A DNA stretch of 64,000 bases from Ophelia neglecta (Eukaryota). Of the stretch, positions 33,325 to 48,800 are shown piece after piece. The translations under genes were made by a program, and so were the position numbers. Position 1 is the first letter of the stretch, and every line of letters starts with the position of its first letter. The notes beneath the pieces were generated by a model, which saw nothing but the letters and a program-made list of their open reading frames with translations, ran no database searches and was not told the DNA's origin. The stretch spans positions 93,124,001-93,188,000 of the forward strand of contig OZ260662.1 of NCBI GenBank assembly GCA_965285935.1, in the 5' to 3' direction.

Positions 33325-36300
33325 TACATAATATATGAGCTGCCATTGAAGAGAGTAAAAGTTAAACATTTAATACCTGGAATAATGCATTGAAATGTAG
33401 GTGCAGACTTCAAGGGTTATCAATTAGGATAAGACCATATTGTTTTCTTAAAGGATATAAGGCACATGTGGTTCAGGGAAAGGTCACTGAGGGTCATGAC
33501 CTGGTTCCAGGAGACCTGGAGTATGTATCAGAAGAGCATGCAATAGCATGCATGCATGCTCTTCTGTTGAGCTGTTGGGCAATCCCATGTCTCCTGGCAC
33601 CGGGTCATGACACCCAGTGACTTTTCCCTGAACCACATATCTATTGTATGATAAATATATTAGGATACCTGCCCACACTTTCACACAGTCCAAACCCAAC
33701 CATTGATAATTGATTGATCTGCTTTCTACAGTTAAAAGTTTTCAATCATCAGTTGATTCAAAGCCACAACAAAACCAATTGATTCAGACAAGCCAATAGT
33801 ATTGGAAGACCTAATTAAACACCCAGTATAGTGTTAGTGTCACATGCATGGCACTGCATGTCTTTGAGAGTGGAAAAGTTAAACTTCATTTGGGGGTCAT
33901 GCACTGCAGAATGCATGCAATAACACTAATATGCCAAGATTGAATTTAAGCGTGATCAATATTAAAGATCACAGATGTTTACCCTGCCCTAAGAACTATG
34001 TGAGCACCCGGACTGTTTGATTCCTGACATTGTTTCTCTTACATAGAAACCCAGAGATTTGAATTAATTGCGCATTATTTTATTAAAAATCAATAGTTTT
34101 TAGAATCATATAACAGAACAGAAAAGACCAAACATAGCCAACAGTAATATGACAACGAATGATATTTTGATGGCATTTTTTGGCAATTTGTGTTTTTGTT
34201 TGCTTTTACCAAGCCAATTTGATTCATTTTGATCTTTCCAATAATCCTGTTTAATATCCTAGTACAGTATACCAAATTGTAGTTCACATTCTTTGAATTG
34301 AATTTCTCTCGTTTTGCAATAACTAATTCAGCAAATTGGTTGATGTAAGACATATTAATACATTTGTTATAGAAGTCGAAATTTGTCCAACAGTCTCATA
34401 TTAATATACTGTACTTGTGTTGTATAAACTGTAACTCTTTCAAACATACAGTGCATGCATTTATTACACAAGTTGCAGGATTGACTTACAACACAACTGA
34501 CTGTTCTTCTCCAAAAGCAGTATATTGTGCCAAAATAATATATCTGATATGTAGAAAATCCAGCTCTTCACGTTAACAAAACAGCGGGACTCTGGACAAG
34601 CTATGGGGTGACAATTGCTTTGAATTCCTGTGTCAAATTACATAGCCAGTCTGTCCTTGGAAGTCAAGCCACAATTGATTAACATCAGACACTTGATACT
34701 GCCCGTGTTATTTGCATAATTCCATTTAATCCGGCCAGTAGATTGAAAAAGTAACAGGACGTTCTAATTCCTATTTTCTAGGTGTATTAGTAAATTTATG
34801 TCCAGTTTTCTAGTCCACATTTGGCTTAATCTACATTTTATTTGTTCTCTAAAAGAAATTGTTCTATTTTGTCAAAACAAAAATGTATCTTTTGTTGAAT
34901 ACTTGGTTTGATAAATAAGATTCATCCACTGGCCATTTTTAGTTAGTTGACCCCTCTTTCATTGCTGAAAACCAGGATAAAAATTAATATTTTGATAGGA
35001 TCAGGTAAAATTCAAATTCATTTTATTAGTGGGAAAACAATTTTCTTCGTATTTGATGATGTACATTTGTACATGTACTTGTCCATGTATCTATTTATAC
35101 AGATGGACTGCGTGTATTGTTAAGTAACAGAAATAATTAAACTGTCTCGGGTTTGGTTAAATACCTTAAACAAATAAACACCTTCTAGTCCCATTTTAAT
35201 TACGTATCACAGATATTTTACATGCTGTGGACAACTTTAAATCAACCCATGATACTGCAGAAGGTAGACTGAATGTGTTTACCCTTATGAGAAAAGCAAA
35301 CACATTCAAGTATGCCTACATATGTGTTTTTGGATGTTAAGGGGTTTATCTAAACAAATTTCAACCATAAAGCTATTCGCCTGATATCCATGCCTTTGGA
35401 CAAATGCTATTAGGTGTAAATGTGCTGACGGAATGAATACTATGGCTGTTAGCCGTTTAAATCTAAAAAAGTACCTTGATATCACACTTGTTTGTAAATA
35501 CTGGATTATATTCTTTGTATTTAGCTATTGTTTTGAATATGAATATGAACATATACTAGTTAGTATTTTTAAATCTTTATGCACCAAACATTGCTTCATT
35601 GTAGAGTTGTTGATGCAAGGCACTTAATAATTAAGGTGTGCCTGTTAATATTTGATATATGCACGCCATAGTTTCCTCAGTGTGTTTACATGTAGTTGTC
35701 AATTATTGATATACCTGGATGTCCATGCGAGCTTCGTCTTTCGATACCTGTCCCCAAGAAATTCCTAGACAGCCCTAATTATTCGGTGTGCATCTGTCCT
35801 ACAATGTAACAGGCACAACTATATAGTATCTGTGCAGATTTCTAGGTTTGTGACTGTTTCTCTGGTTGAACTATTGGCTTGTCATTACTGCCCACACAAT
35901 TGGCCAAATTGCATTTTTGCAGGCTGATTTATAAGCACCATTGATTTGAGGATGAGATTAAAGCTGTTCCGTCCACCAGCTTAACACATAAGCATATGTT
36001 CATACAAGGTGTAGCAGGTGACTACAGATTTTTGTATTGATCTTCCTTGGTGATATTATCACAGTGTGTCTTAGCAGGTGTTTTTTGTCACCGGTGTTAA
36101 TGTTAATAAGTAATTTACTTGTCTATTTTGTAGTTACATGTTCCTTTTTTGGTACCATGATACGTTTATTGTGGTTTGTATTATTTACTGTTTATATGGG
36201 GTTATAAAAAACCCAATGGAGTGTGTTTTAGGTTCATTAAAAGATAATAAATATATAAGATATTGCAGGGCATCCACAGTAATGTGTCGCAACACATATT

Positions 36301-37689
36301 TTGATTATCAGCCAGTTCATAGAGGGTGGTCCTCTGTTGTTTGTACTTAAATACTTAAACTGAGAATTTTGTGTGGACAATGCTTCTTTCGTATCAATCA
36401 CTTTGTTGACATATATTTTATAATGCAAACGTTTACTATCTGGCTTATCACAGTCGATCAGGAAAGTCAGTGGCCACAGAGCGATCTCATTTTATCACTT
36501 TCTACCTATAATATTGGCATTTGTACATCCACATTGAATCTTGCTTCAGTTATTGATATACTTCAAATATAATTCTTTATTGTATTTCTTTATTCTCGTT
36601 ACATTTACATGTATATAGTTCTGAATAGGGTTCGTAATCTGATACAATGCCAGGATATTAAACCCACAAGACTGTCCATTTCTATTTTTAAGCCATGCCT
36701 AGTTAACAAATTTTGTGCTTGAAAATAATATAATTTTGAATGTGTGCTTTCATATATACCCGGTATTTACAGTAATTCCCTTAAATGGATTTAAGTTTTA
36801 ACAGCCAACAATCTATATGTGAGGAATTGTCTTATTGTCAGACTTCATACCAGCATGAAAATGATCACCTTTAAGCCTATATATACCTTCTAACAGTTCA
36901 ACCATAGTGCTTTCACCAGGCCTGAACATGTTGTTGTAAGCCCTATATATGGATTAGTTGGCAAATAATCTTCAAGAGCATATTACAAGCAGCATGGTCA
37001 CCCTTTATACAAAGATTATAATAATATTTGGCCCATTTTCAGATCAGCACCAATCAGAAGATCTATACCTACCCCTTTGTCAATATTTTTCTATATTTTG
37101 ACCATGTGCCAAAGGCACACATCAACGCATGTGTACATATTGACTTATGTTCAGGATCATGAATCTAGAATATTGCCCGTATTGCCTGAACTGTGTTTAG
37201 GTCTTTATGCCATAATCACTTTAAAAGATAAATGTCAACAAAGTTATATTAAAGGCATATTTCTTGAATTTTCTGTACTGTGGTGATATTTTAACATGTT
37301 TTCTATCGCTGTTCCTGGCCAGTTGATGACATATCCATAATTTCTTTAGCTTCTCTAACACATAATAGCAATGGATAACCTGAGTAGAGGGGTCTTTTCA
37401 CATTTCACAGTAAGATACCTGGTAATCACATTTCCCTCTGAAAAATATGAAAACTTAAGCACACAATGCGCTGGCTGTCAAAATCTTTAGTTAAGAGCAT
37501 TAAATTGTAAATCTTTTCTTGTTTTCAAATAACACTCTTTGATGAAAGATTTAATCTGTGCATCATTGTATTGTGTGTGTTCCAGTAATTAAACACTTGT
37601 TTGATTCTGATGTGAGATAGAACATGATATTCTTTCAATTAAGATAAGGACAAATTGATTTTTAATCCATTCAACTTCAAAGTACAATA

Positions 37690-37866
37690 CAGGGAAACCT
37701 GACAATTAGGGACAGCCAAGGGACTGGGAAATCTGTCCTCTTTTCTTAGTTGTCCTTATTTCACAGGTTCCTTTACATGTAAAGTATTACAACTGTACTA
37801 AAAACAATGTCCTTATTAGTCAGTGTGTCCCTAATTGTCAGGTGTCCTTTAGGCCAGGTTTTACTG
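37690..37866. mobile_element. Tc1/mariner-pogo-type MITE
   Basis: TA-CAGGGAAACCTG ... CAGGTTTTACTG-TA, with internal GTCCT repeats. Confidence 0.8.
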
Positions 37867-39870
37867 TAGAAGATATTTTAGTTTGGGTGGGGAGGAGGGG
37901 TGAAAGGCTAACCTAGTCAAAAATTCAATGATGCATCTATTTTTCTTTCTTTTCGTCACCTCCACACCAATAAATTTATGAACATGTTTGGTTAGTATAC
38001 ATGTAATTATAGTGCGCATATATGTACATGTATAGTTTAAATTATTAAAGTGTGTTTATAACTTTTGTCTTTTAAGTTTAAGTCTCTAATGAAAGCATCA
38101 TGTTAAAAGTCATTTCTTAACACTGACAAATCCTAAACCCAGGGGACCATTTACAGAGGTTGTGTAAACTGGCATTGTGTGAGCTTGGTGCGTAAGTACC
38201 TAGGCACCAGGGGGAGACTACCAGCAGGGCTTCCTAAGAATTAAACTGAGGTCTTATTTCCCTACTGAGGAGGACAAAACATTAAATCATATAAGGCTGG
38301 AAAGTGCTTTTCCATAGCAATACAATCGAGGTCAAATTGGTTGCATTTTCCAAAATAACCCTTTGAAGATGCTAATAAATTGTGATAAGAAGGCTTGGAG
38401 GAGATGGTTCCCCTCTTGTCACCTCTTGACATAGTTTTAATTGTGAACATGTCCAGTCATGGTGGAAAGTGTCTTGTGTCTATATGGCATCCTAGTATCT
38501 ACCCAGTCAAAACTACTGTGCTTAGTAGGACCATTTTTATGTATGGATAAGTCCTGTAATATATGTATATCACCTTTGATTTCTGTGCACATTTCAAATT
38601 CTTATGTTGATTGAAGTTGATAACAACACATTTTAAAATATACATACCAAATCTTTATTTTTGTAAGAGCTAAAGTTTCAACTTGTCAAAAAAATTCTTT
38701 TTTGCAGTCTGTTTTAGTTGGTTTTGTGGTAAGCCACCGGTTTATCAGTAATGACAGCGTTATTCACCAGCGTTATACAGTGTTCAGCTGCGGCATTTAC
38801 CTGCCAGGTAATAGTATCAGAATACGTAGGAGCGTGTGTACGGCTATCTACGCCAGATCAAATCCCTGCCATACACCTGTAATCTGATAACATTTGTTTA
38901 CCAACCAGTACACTGTTGTAAATCAAATGCTCTACTGGCAAGTCCCAGCGGTCTAGACAATATTCCTGGCTCAAGAAAAAATGATAGCCAGAGGGATCAA
39001 TTTTAAATGTGGAAATTAGAAATTACTTATATTTGGATTTCTTAGGTCTTAGTGAGTAGGGCAGGTTAAAACATCGGAGTCTCATTAGTGGTTATGGAAT
39101 TTATACTGGACATGATGTAACCAGGCATTTTTTTAAAGCAATGAAATTGCTTGTCAACGTACCAGAAAAACATGCTTGACAACAGCATTTGTTGTGAGAA
39201 AGGATTATTATGTGAAGAGTATTTTTCTTTTGTATGAACACGTTTCACTCTTAGCTACAAAAATAGTCTATAAATTTTTCTGCTAGCTATTGCTGTGGGT
39301 TGGTAAAGATACTAATAACATGTATTGGTAAATAACAGAATAGTGCTAAGTTCCACCACCTGTGTCATCTGACCTCTACCTGCTCAGCATGCCAGGAACA
39401 TGTGGTAAATGGCATCTTTAATTAACACACGGTAAGACCATGTATTAAATAGTGTTAAGAGATATGCAGTATACCATATGTTATATCATTTTTTTATTTA
39501 TTGCCGGACTTGTTCATGTACTAGTACATAAGAAAAAAACCCTGCTTCATATTGTAAAATGCGGATAATCAGTTATTATATGTATGTTACTGTAATGACA
39601 TGTTTCATTGCAAGCATTATATTGTATCAATACATTATTGGTAAATGTATGGATTTGGTATACCCGTATGTACATGTAAGCATGTGTACATGGGTGTTGT
39701 TATGTTCTTGGAATGTCTTCAGTTTTTGATTGGGGACAACAGTATTTTGAATTTAAAAAGTGTACCTATTAAGATAGCATCTTTTTTCCAGTATGGGCTG
39801 AATAAGAGTGACAGTGAAGATGTAGGAGCTTGGGAACATATTTGCTCAAATCAGCAGTCCGTCCATTTTT

Positions 39871-42800
39871 ATGATGCCAACTCATGCAGACACTAAAGAC
39901 AGGAAGTCCAAGCCACCTGATCTTAATATTGAAGGGTATGTATACTATTTACAATGATAATTTTTCTATATTTTGGCAACATTTATACCAATAAAGTTTC
40001 AGTCTTTTTGGATTGAATTAATAAAGTTAATTATGTGTTTCTGGACTAATTTTTTATAAATTATCTGTAATTGCTTTTGGTTTATCTCTCTGATTTCCCT
40101 GGGATTTTATTGTTCTCTCAGTGATAATAACCTACTGCAGGCCATGATAGCAGATGAGTTGGTTCATTGATTAACTAACTTATGGTTATTTCAAAACCAT
40201 GTTCAGTAATTTCCTACAAACTATTGAGTTAGTGATGGCTTAGTGCTATAATTCCTCTGGAATCCTTTTAATTGCCCACACAAGCGTCATGCAATTTCCT
40301 TCCTACAACAACCCTAATATGCAATCATAATGGTTTTTCTCCTATTTCTCATCAACAACTGTTTCAAATCCTTTCATCCTTGGAAGTTAATCTTTTTCAT
40401 TCAGTCAAGTTGACTCAACTGCAAGGAGGGTTTTGTTCTGTGATGTTAATTATTTAATTTTTCTATCATCAATATGACATATTTTCCATCTCAACCTTTC
40501 AACACGCTCAGCTTACTGAAGTTTCCAGCTTTCATACAACTTCCTGGCATTAAAGGCTCTAAAAATCTCCCTGCACGAGAAAAGTGAGTACCATAATTGT
40601 ATTGTAAGTCACTGTAGTATCTGTAACGCATGATATGCCCATGGGTGATTCTCTAATACTGGTGACAAATTATGGTGGATGAGGGTGGGGCTCTACCAGG
40701 CATAGAACATTAAAAAGGAAATTATAGGGATAGCAAGGATAATAATATTATTGTCACCAGTTTTGGAGAATTATCCATATATAGATTGAAGCATGTAGCT
40801 GATTGGTATACAAGTATATGCAAGCTGATATTTTCTCTTGATAAGTACACCTATTAAGGATTGTGTTACAAGTCTATACATGCAAAAATACAAAGATAAA
40901 AAAGTGTAGGGCTTTCATCAAAGAAAACATTACCATCTTTATTGTTGTTATTGTTGTTGCCGTTTCTTGGTGAGCACCATTGACTCTCTAACTCTGGTTC
41001 CGCCCAAGTCGATGGTCATTTTACAAGTCTGAGTGGTGGCTCGGCATTTGTAGGCTCTTGACAGATGTCAGGTAGTTCATCATCAGTGTCTCAATGAGAT
41101 TCTAGGCCCCTAGTCAAGCCCATTATTGATTAAATTATTGATTTCTTGAGGGCTCTTGCTCTACCCGGATCTTTGATTTATTCAGTGGTTTCTTTGATGA
41201 TTTGACATTACCAAACATGCTTTCTTGACATCTGTAACTGGTATGTCTTAGTATAATATACATATACAGATATACCAGATGATATAAATGGTAAATCTTC
41301 TGATCACAACTCTCATAGCCTACTTACATTGCACCTACTGCACTTCAGAACTGTAGCTATATACATGTACACCAATTGTTTATGGATTCAAGCTTTGAGG
41401 AAAAGCCACCATGATTTTGTGAAATTGTTAATTAGTACAGGCCAGGCAATTTTTGACTTTCTTCATTTCTTATGTATGGCCTAAATTAATGATAGCTCCA
41501 GGATTCTGGGATTAAAAACACACTTGATCAATACCACGACAATGACAATTGAGATCATGACTCTGTTAACTTGAACCACACTCATGTTTAGAACAACTTG
41601 TTACGTTTTAACATTTTGATAATAAGGACCTGTGCTGTAGTCAAGTGTAGCCTTGAGCTAGGTTAGTTTAATAACGAGGAGAGTAGATATATCATCAACC
41701 TTTTCACAAGAATACACTTGTGGGTGTAATGTCTTTACATGTGCCCATATCTAGGTCTTTCTGTGAAAGGTTGTGATTTTCATGATTGGCATGGATTTAA
41801 AAGGATAAAAACTTGTCATGCAGACCTGAGTAAAAATTAGTTGGAGACAAATTCATATACATATTGCAGAATTATGACACATTATCAGGTTTGAGGTGAT
41901 CAATACTAGCCATGAATAGATGTCATGCCCAAATCATTACTATTTATTTGGAAGCCAATCCAATTGTAATAATAATCCAGATAATTTATTAAAGAAACCT
42001 TATCTTTTCATCCTGCAGTTTTTAATGTGTGTGTAAAAGTGCTTTTTTTTGGAACTGAACCTAATATTCCTCCTTAGGTACATGTAAATATGTACACAGT
42101 TTTTCAGAATGTAATGAGCATAATTTTACATGCCCAATTTCCTTAAGTTGTATATTTTTACCTCCTACGAAGCTGATTGAAAATTTGCCTGACTTTCTTA
42201 AGACCTAAGATCAATAATTGAATTCTTCCCAAAATCAATAGCCCAACTGGCAATCCAATCTTCAGAGCTGGGTATAAATTTACTCAGTCCTGGCTTGGTG
42301 ATTTACCCAGACTGGAGGATACTTCCCCTCGGTTGTGAAATAATGTGAACACAATTACAAGTTTTTTTTGAGACTATACTGGTATGTCACTGACAGGATT
42401 TTTGGAAATGTGTCTCTTATATTGTTAAACATTGCTCTAATTGGGTTAAACAGTATATGTGTAGGTCAAAAGTTGATGCCAATGTTATGTCTTGTCAATG
42501 ATATTACTTATTTCAGCTAATCAGAGGTATTCTCCACCCTTAGTTAAGGAATAATGAAGTATGTAAGACTGTAAAACAGTGTTGTGAAAGATGTACATTT
42601 ATCAGAGCAGTTGGCCTGTGTTGTCATTGTTCATTTGAGTTTCTAAAAAAACATTTTGTCCATTAAGTATCAATCCTTGGGACTGGTCTCAATAGAGGCG
42701 GAAATCTATACAATGGGACACAAGCATGTAAGGTTTGAAAGTGTCCAGGTGTTTTATTCTAGTTAATTATGAAGGAGGATCATGTCAATGTTATTAAAAG

Positions 42801-45800
42801 ATTTAGCACAATAATTATTACCTAACATTCTTATTTAAACATGGGTAAAAGGTAGAGAGAAACCTGTGAATTGTGACCACCCAGGGGACTAGGAAAATAT
42901 GGTCTGATTATGGAGGTGGTCTGTTTAGGCAGGTTAGTTTATATTAAAAGTGTACAGTATGTTCTTCAGATTAGTGGTCTGAATTGACATGTGGCCTGAA
43001 TATAGAGGTGGTCTTATGGCAGGTTTGATTGTGTACTGGTACAAATAAATTATATAAGCATAAATTTTTCTCCAGTCTACATTCTATAGTTTGTATCAAC
43101 AAAAATTTCATCATTGCCACCTAGCCATTTGTAATAAAAACATTATGGAGGTGGAATTTATCTAATTGTGTACCACTTCGAAAATAACGGATTGATAATT
43201 TGAGAATGTCAGACAATTTTTTGTGAATCTTTGACTGTTTCTGTGGTAACAATGTATTAAGTGTCAAACAGCTAGGCCAAATTACCTTGTAAGTGGAAGT
43301 CATATGTTGGCTTCCCCTGACGTTCCTGCCTGCAGCGTGCTAGAAGCCCGAGGTGGTAATTTCTAATTATCTTTGTTACTTCATATTCCAGGCAGCCTTA
43401 GCTCTTGTCAACATCACAACCCCAGTAAAATGAAAGGTGTTTGCAAGGCAAAGGAAATGCCGGGAACTAGGATATTGATTGGGCCCTGAGATTGTGTGGT
43501 GACAATGTTTTTTGCTCACCTGAGTAGAATCAATCTGGTGTGTTTTAGAACAATTAAATACTACCACCATTTCATTGCTTGTAAATAGCGTAGAAACACA
43601 TTTGTTGCAGACTGCATACCTATTTCATTATTGTTTGCCTTGGGTTTGAATTGCTTCGTTGACTCAAACATAGCTTTTGACAAATGAATGGAAATGTTGC
43701 CCTGAATGCAGGGTATATTTATTAATTTTTAATCATCATTATCCATCTTTATTGTTTTATAAACAATGGAGCTCTCTTGTATATTCCATGTATCTACCAG
43801 TTTGGTTATAGCTTGGTATATTTGCTTGTTGAGCTTGTTGACGTACAGATCAATAGCTCCATATTGAGAGTATATTGGTATGTGATATAATGTGGTGAGA
43901 TGATTAGGTTGATTGTCACCTCAGACAGCTGGTCCCAGCTATAGATCCTATTGTTTCCTGTCATTTAGGACACATTTCAGTCACTATCTTCATACATCAT
44001 GAAGTATACACCACGATGAGCAGATGGTCCATAATACAGAACTAATATAAGCCTTATTTCTATACAAGTCCATATATGACTATAAATATTTGATTAACAT
44101 GTACATGAAGATGTATAGTTGGTATGTGTCACTAGTGAAGGCTGTATACAAATCAGTTTTCTTAAGAGGCATAGTATAGTTAGATTGAAGTTAACATAAA
44201 AGCCTGTACCATATTAAACCATGATCCAAACAGCAGTTCATATTTAATATTCAGCTCAGTTTTGTTCGTTTGTTAACCACACTACATAACAAACAATTCA
44301 AGGTAATTTCATGCAATCGTCGTGGACTTTTAAGTTTACTCCAAGCCTTCATCTAGGTGCAAGCAGTCTGGTCTTGTCAGTTTTGCATTTCGGTAGTCTA
44401 TGATAATTTTCCTAACAATGCTTGATCAAGAATGAATTCCTGTTATCATGCTAATGGGATGTCTTGCTGTGTGATAAGAATGGCTGTTATACTTTGTACC
44501 TGCCCGGCTGAGGGGGAAATAATAATATGGAGATCAATGAAGGATTCAGTGACAACAACAAGTGCATGTACAAGACTGGTGACAGGTATTGATGACTTCA
44601 GCTCAGCAAATGTAGGCAAAGACAGAGAGGCTAATGGTAGGCAAAGAGGCAGACGGGTCATGGTAGGCAAAGAGGCAGACGGAGAGGGTAATGGTAGGCA
44701 AAGAGGCAGACGGAGAGGGTAATGGTAGGCAAAGAGGCAGACAGAGAATGTAATGGTAGGCAAAGAGGCAGACAGAGAGGGTAACGGTTGGCAAAGAGGC
44801 AGAAAGAGAATGTAATGGTAGGGAAAGAGGTAGACAGAGAGGGTAACTGTAGTTAAAGAGACAGTCGGAGAGGGTACAAGTAGTCAAGGAGGCAGACAAA
44901 GAGGTTACGGTAGAAGAAGAAGGATAGGGTAACAGTAGTCAAGGAAGCAGATAGAGGTAAGACAAGGAGACAGGCTGAGAGGGTACATTATATAATAGAA
45001 GGCAAAGAGGCAGGCGGAGAGGGTAATGGCATATATAAAAGAGGCAGCCAGACAGGATAATTGGGTAATGGCATATAACATGAATGAGAGTGAAGGAGAC
45101 GGTCTCCTAAAGATTCTGGTAGACTAGGAGACAGACGAGAGTTTACATGGGGTAATGGCATATAACATGAATGAGAGTGAAGGAGCCGGTCCCCCAAAGA
45201 TTCTGGTAGACTAGGAGACAGACGAGAGTTTACATGGGGTAATGGCATATAACATGAGTGAGAGTGAAGGAAGAGATGGTAATCAAATGATTCTGGTAGG
45301 CAATGTGAGATTGAAGGAGGTAGTTAGCCGAAGATGCAGGCCCAGACATAACACATGATTACCTTCATTTACATGTGTTAGTTCTGGGAACAAGGTGTAG
45401 CATTTGTCTTCGTAGTAATGGTCACAAATATGGCCCTGTTTCTTAACATCATGTTTCAAACAAAACCATATTGAATATGCCCCAATTTTGAGAGAACATT
45501 ATATCTAAATTTATGTTTAAAAGATCATACCAATTTCACTGCTCAAGTTTCATATTAACATTTTATGGCCACCATAGCAAAATTTCAGAGCCTGCGTCTT
45601 ATATATGTACATGTACATGTGTCTATTTTATGAACTTGTCTGTAACAAGTATTTAATTTTATTCCTTTGAGGGACCTTCTTGCTTATTCTGGAAAAAATT
45701 GACCTTTTTATCTAGTCAGATGATCAGGTACGTGCAGGCCTAAGTGTATCATGATATACATGTATAAGACAGCTTGTCACTAGTTGTTTAAAGTATACAA

Positions 45801-48800
45801 GTACGAAGAATCCTGAAAAGTCCTTTTACAGCAGCTTCATGTACTTATACATTGGGAGGTGACTTGGTCCTTTAATATTAGCTTTACTTGATTAATAATC
45901 GGTAGTAGATTATGTTGACATGCCGAGTCTTGAAGAGATGGTTAATGCCCAGGTTTCCTTGGAGTGGCCTTGAGACACTCTGGGAGAGTCGCCTGAGGTG
46001 AGAGAGCATGGCGTAAAGTCCTCATCGGGGACAGGTAAAGTTATACCTACTATTGGTGGTTAATCACAGCTCTGACCTCTGCCCGCTGCAGGGGAAATAA
46101 TTCATTAAGGTGGCCACAGGGCACAACTGGGCATGTCTCAGTGACAGGCTTCATAGGAATTTCTAGGAGCACTTTCATGCTGGCTGGGATTTGTGTGCAA
46201 GAGCATGATGAATAATAATAGTGTGTAATCATGATTAAAGACTTGGGAGTAAGTGTATTGTGGGTCGTATTGTGGACTGGACAGTAAGCCGGGCTAATAG
46301 ATATTGTAGGACCAGTGGGACATATTGTAGATTAGTGGAGACAGCATCTGACCATGAACAAAGCTAGAATGGGTTTAACTTTAGTATGTAGGTGGACATG
46401 TGAAACATTGACACAGGACTGAAATACCATCCCAGGAATGTAACATAGCATGTATTTTAAAAATTAACTTGAAAATGTGTGTGGAAATACCTTGCAGTGA
46501 TGATTTAAAGAAAATACGCATGTAAAGTGAGTTTTGCTCCCACAGTATTTCACTCAACATGTTGTGTCAATAATATATATTTGGATTTGAGCCAAATCCT
46601 TACCAGCTGATACTTTTTGGGTGTCACGGAGGTTGGAGGTGTGCAGACTAGACAAGTTTAGACTGGCTGCTCGTATATAACAAGTTTGGCATGTCAACCT
46701 AATCGTGAAATTCAATGTGTCCCAGTAAAGGAATTATGCTCCCACTTGCTCTGAAAGGAATGCATAGCTAGGATTCCCTTCTATGGTCTTGTACCACAAG
46801 GAAGACAACAAAGTAAATCTAATTGGCCATATTGATAGATTATCAGTGATAATCTACTGCATTGAGACTTAGCTGTTGTTGTTATATACAGATGATCCGG
46901 GATCAAAAGGGATCTTTTCTAAGTGGACTACAGTCTGGATGAAGATGTATGACTCACTTTACTAGGGATTGTTCTAAACTACATGTATAAGAGTCAAGCT
47001 TTGATATTCACAACAAGTGAATTCACAACTTGAAATATTTTGCTAGCTGTGCAGTGATTTTACATGTGAACAGTACCTAGAGAAGATGTCACTGGCAATG
47101 TGTTAATTAAACCAGATTATGTCTTATTTAACTAGCATTTAATTAGCATTGGGAGTTATCTATTCCCAGGATTTAAATATCACATGCTAATTAAATTTTC
47201 ACCTTTCTTGATTTGGATGATAATTCAGTTGTGTGTGGACTTGATATTTAAATCAGTGCTCTAGTCAAAATATTTGTAAACACAAGGAAATATATATCAA
47301 GGAGATTGAACTATGATACTGGATTTAGTTCATGATATGAGGTAAGTTTATCATAATTGATATTATCTATTAATGTTTAAACTTGAATATTCCCATGTTA
47401 ACTGTGAGAACCATGCAATGAAATACTATTTCAATTCCTATCATGTATAATCTTCATCCACCAAACCACCTGTACATGCTTTCATCGATTCTTACTTATT
47501 TCGTACCAAGTTCTGAAGGCCACATCTATTTATTATTTTTTCTCATTTTTTTCTCAATTAACTCTGGCTATTAATTGATCCAGCGTGATTTGTTTGGAAC
47601 TTTTCCCACTAATATTGATATTTAAAATGCTTTCATATCCTGCACATAGTTGGATGAATGCTGGTAAATGCATGCTCGTGCGCACTAAATGCAGATAAAA
47701 TGAGTAGTCTCGGAGCGAGTTAGTGCTCCTCTCCACGAATATTGATCAGTTTACTCAACGCTAATGAAATTGGCTTGTCACTTGAGTAGCTGATAGTAAA
47801 TCAATAACCTCAATCTATGCAATTAAATATATTCAATCAAAAAGACTAATTACCTTCATTTTCTTTTAGTTTGCCTTGGCCTGTACAATGTATGTACATG
47901 TGTGGTTTGATTCAGTTTATTTAGGATTGGGGCACTTGATGACTGCCCAAAGTAAACTGTTGTTGGGGGCCCTTTTTTTATCAGCCAGAGAAATGCATGT
48001 TGCATAGAAATGTTCGCATTGACTCTTGTGTCCCGTTGATCTTTATACTATAGAGACGAACATGCAAGGCCGCAACTTTCCCACCACACAGTAATCAACT
48101 CCAGGTTTTTCCTAAATCCATAACTTTTAATATGCGAACAGTCATTGGGTCCCTTTTTGGAAATGCTATTGAGATAAACTTCTGCAATGCAAGTACATGT
48201 ATATGTTTACCACCTTTACAGGTTGTAATAGTGTTATTTTCGTACAACCATATTAACAAGGATGTACAAGGAATGATGAAAACTTGATCCAAACAAGGCA
48301 GATCATAATGCCGTGGGTCTGTCTGAGCCTTTTGAGAGTGGCGCCTTATAAAAATGGTCATACCTTCATGTCCTCATAATCAGTCAACGACATAGAAAGG
48401 CAATCAGTGTCTGAACAGAAATGGAAATTTTTTTACATTTTGCATAATCATGTTTACTGCATTCATGCATGTAAAATTAGGAATGAATAAATGCATACTA
48501 TCCCAAAGCTTTAACTCACATTCTTAAAACAAACTCTCGGTTCACACATGTCTTGTGCAGATACTAGAAAGTCTAATTTCATTAGATATCTTATACTTGT
48601 TCATTCTAATACACAGGATATATAGCTTTTGAGATAAACCCCAGCTGATTCTTAACCTAAATTGGATTGCTTCCAGGAATAGTTTGTTTTACATGATGTG
48701 ATGTTCTGAGAAGTTTAAAAACAGAGCGTCATCTATGAAATAATTAACGAGAAATAATTAGAGAGAAAACTTGGGAGTGAACAGCGAGAACCTGCCATCA

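Noticed and set aside
32503-33413. ORFs inside the 1.4-kb TIR element as a transposase
   Set aside because: Short, with no recognisable HTH or DDE/D motifs.
44432-45248. ORFs with LPLCLPLPSPSAS or GRQRGRR repeats
   Set aside because: They are by-products of the 31-bp and 87-bp tandem repeats.
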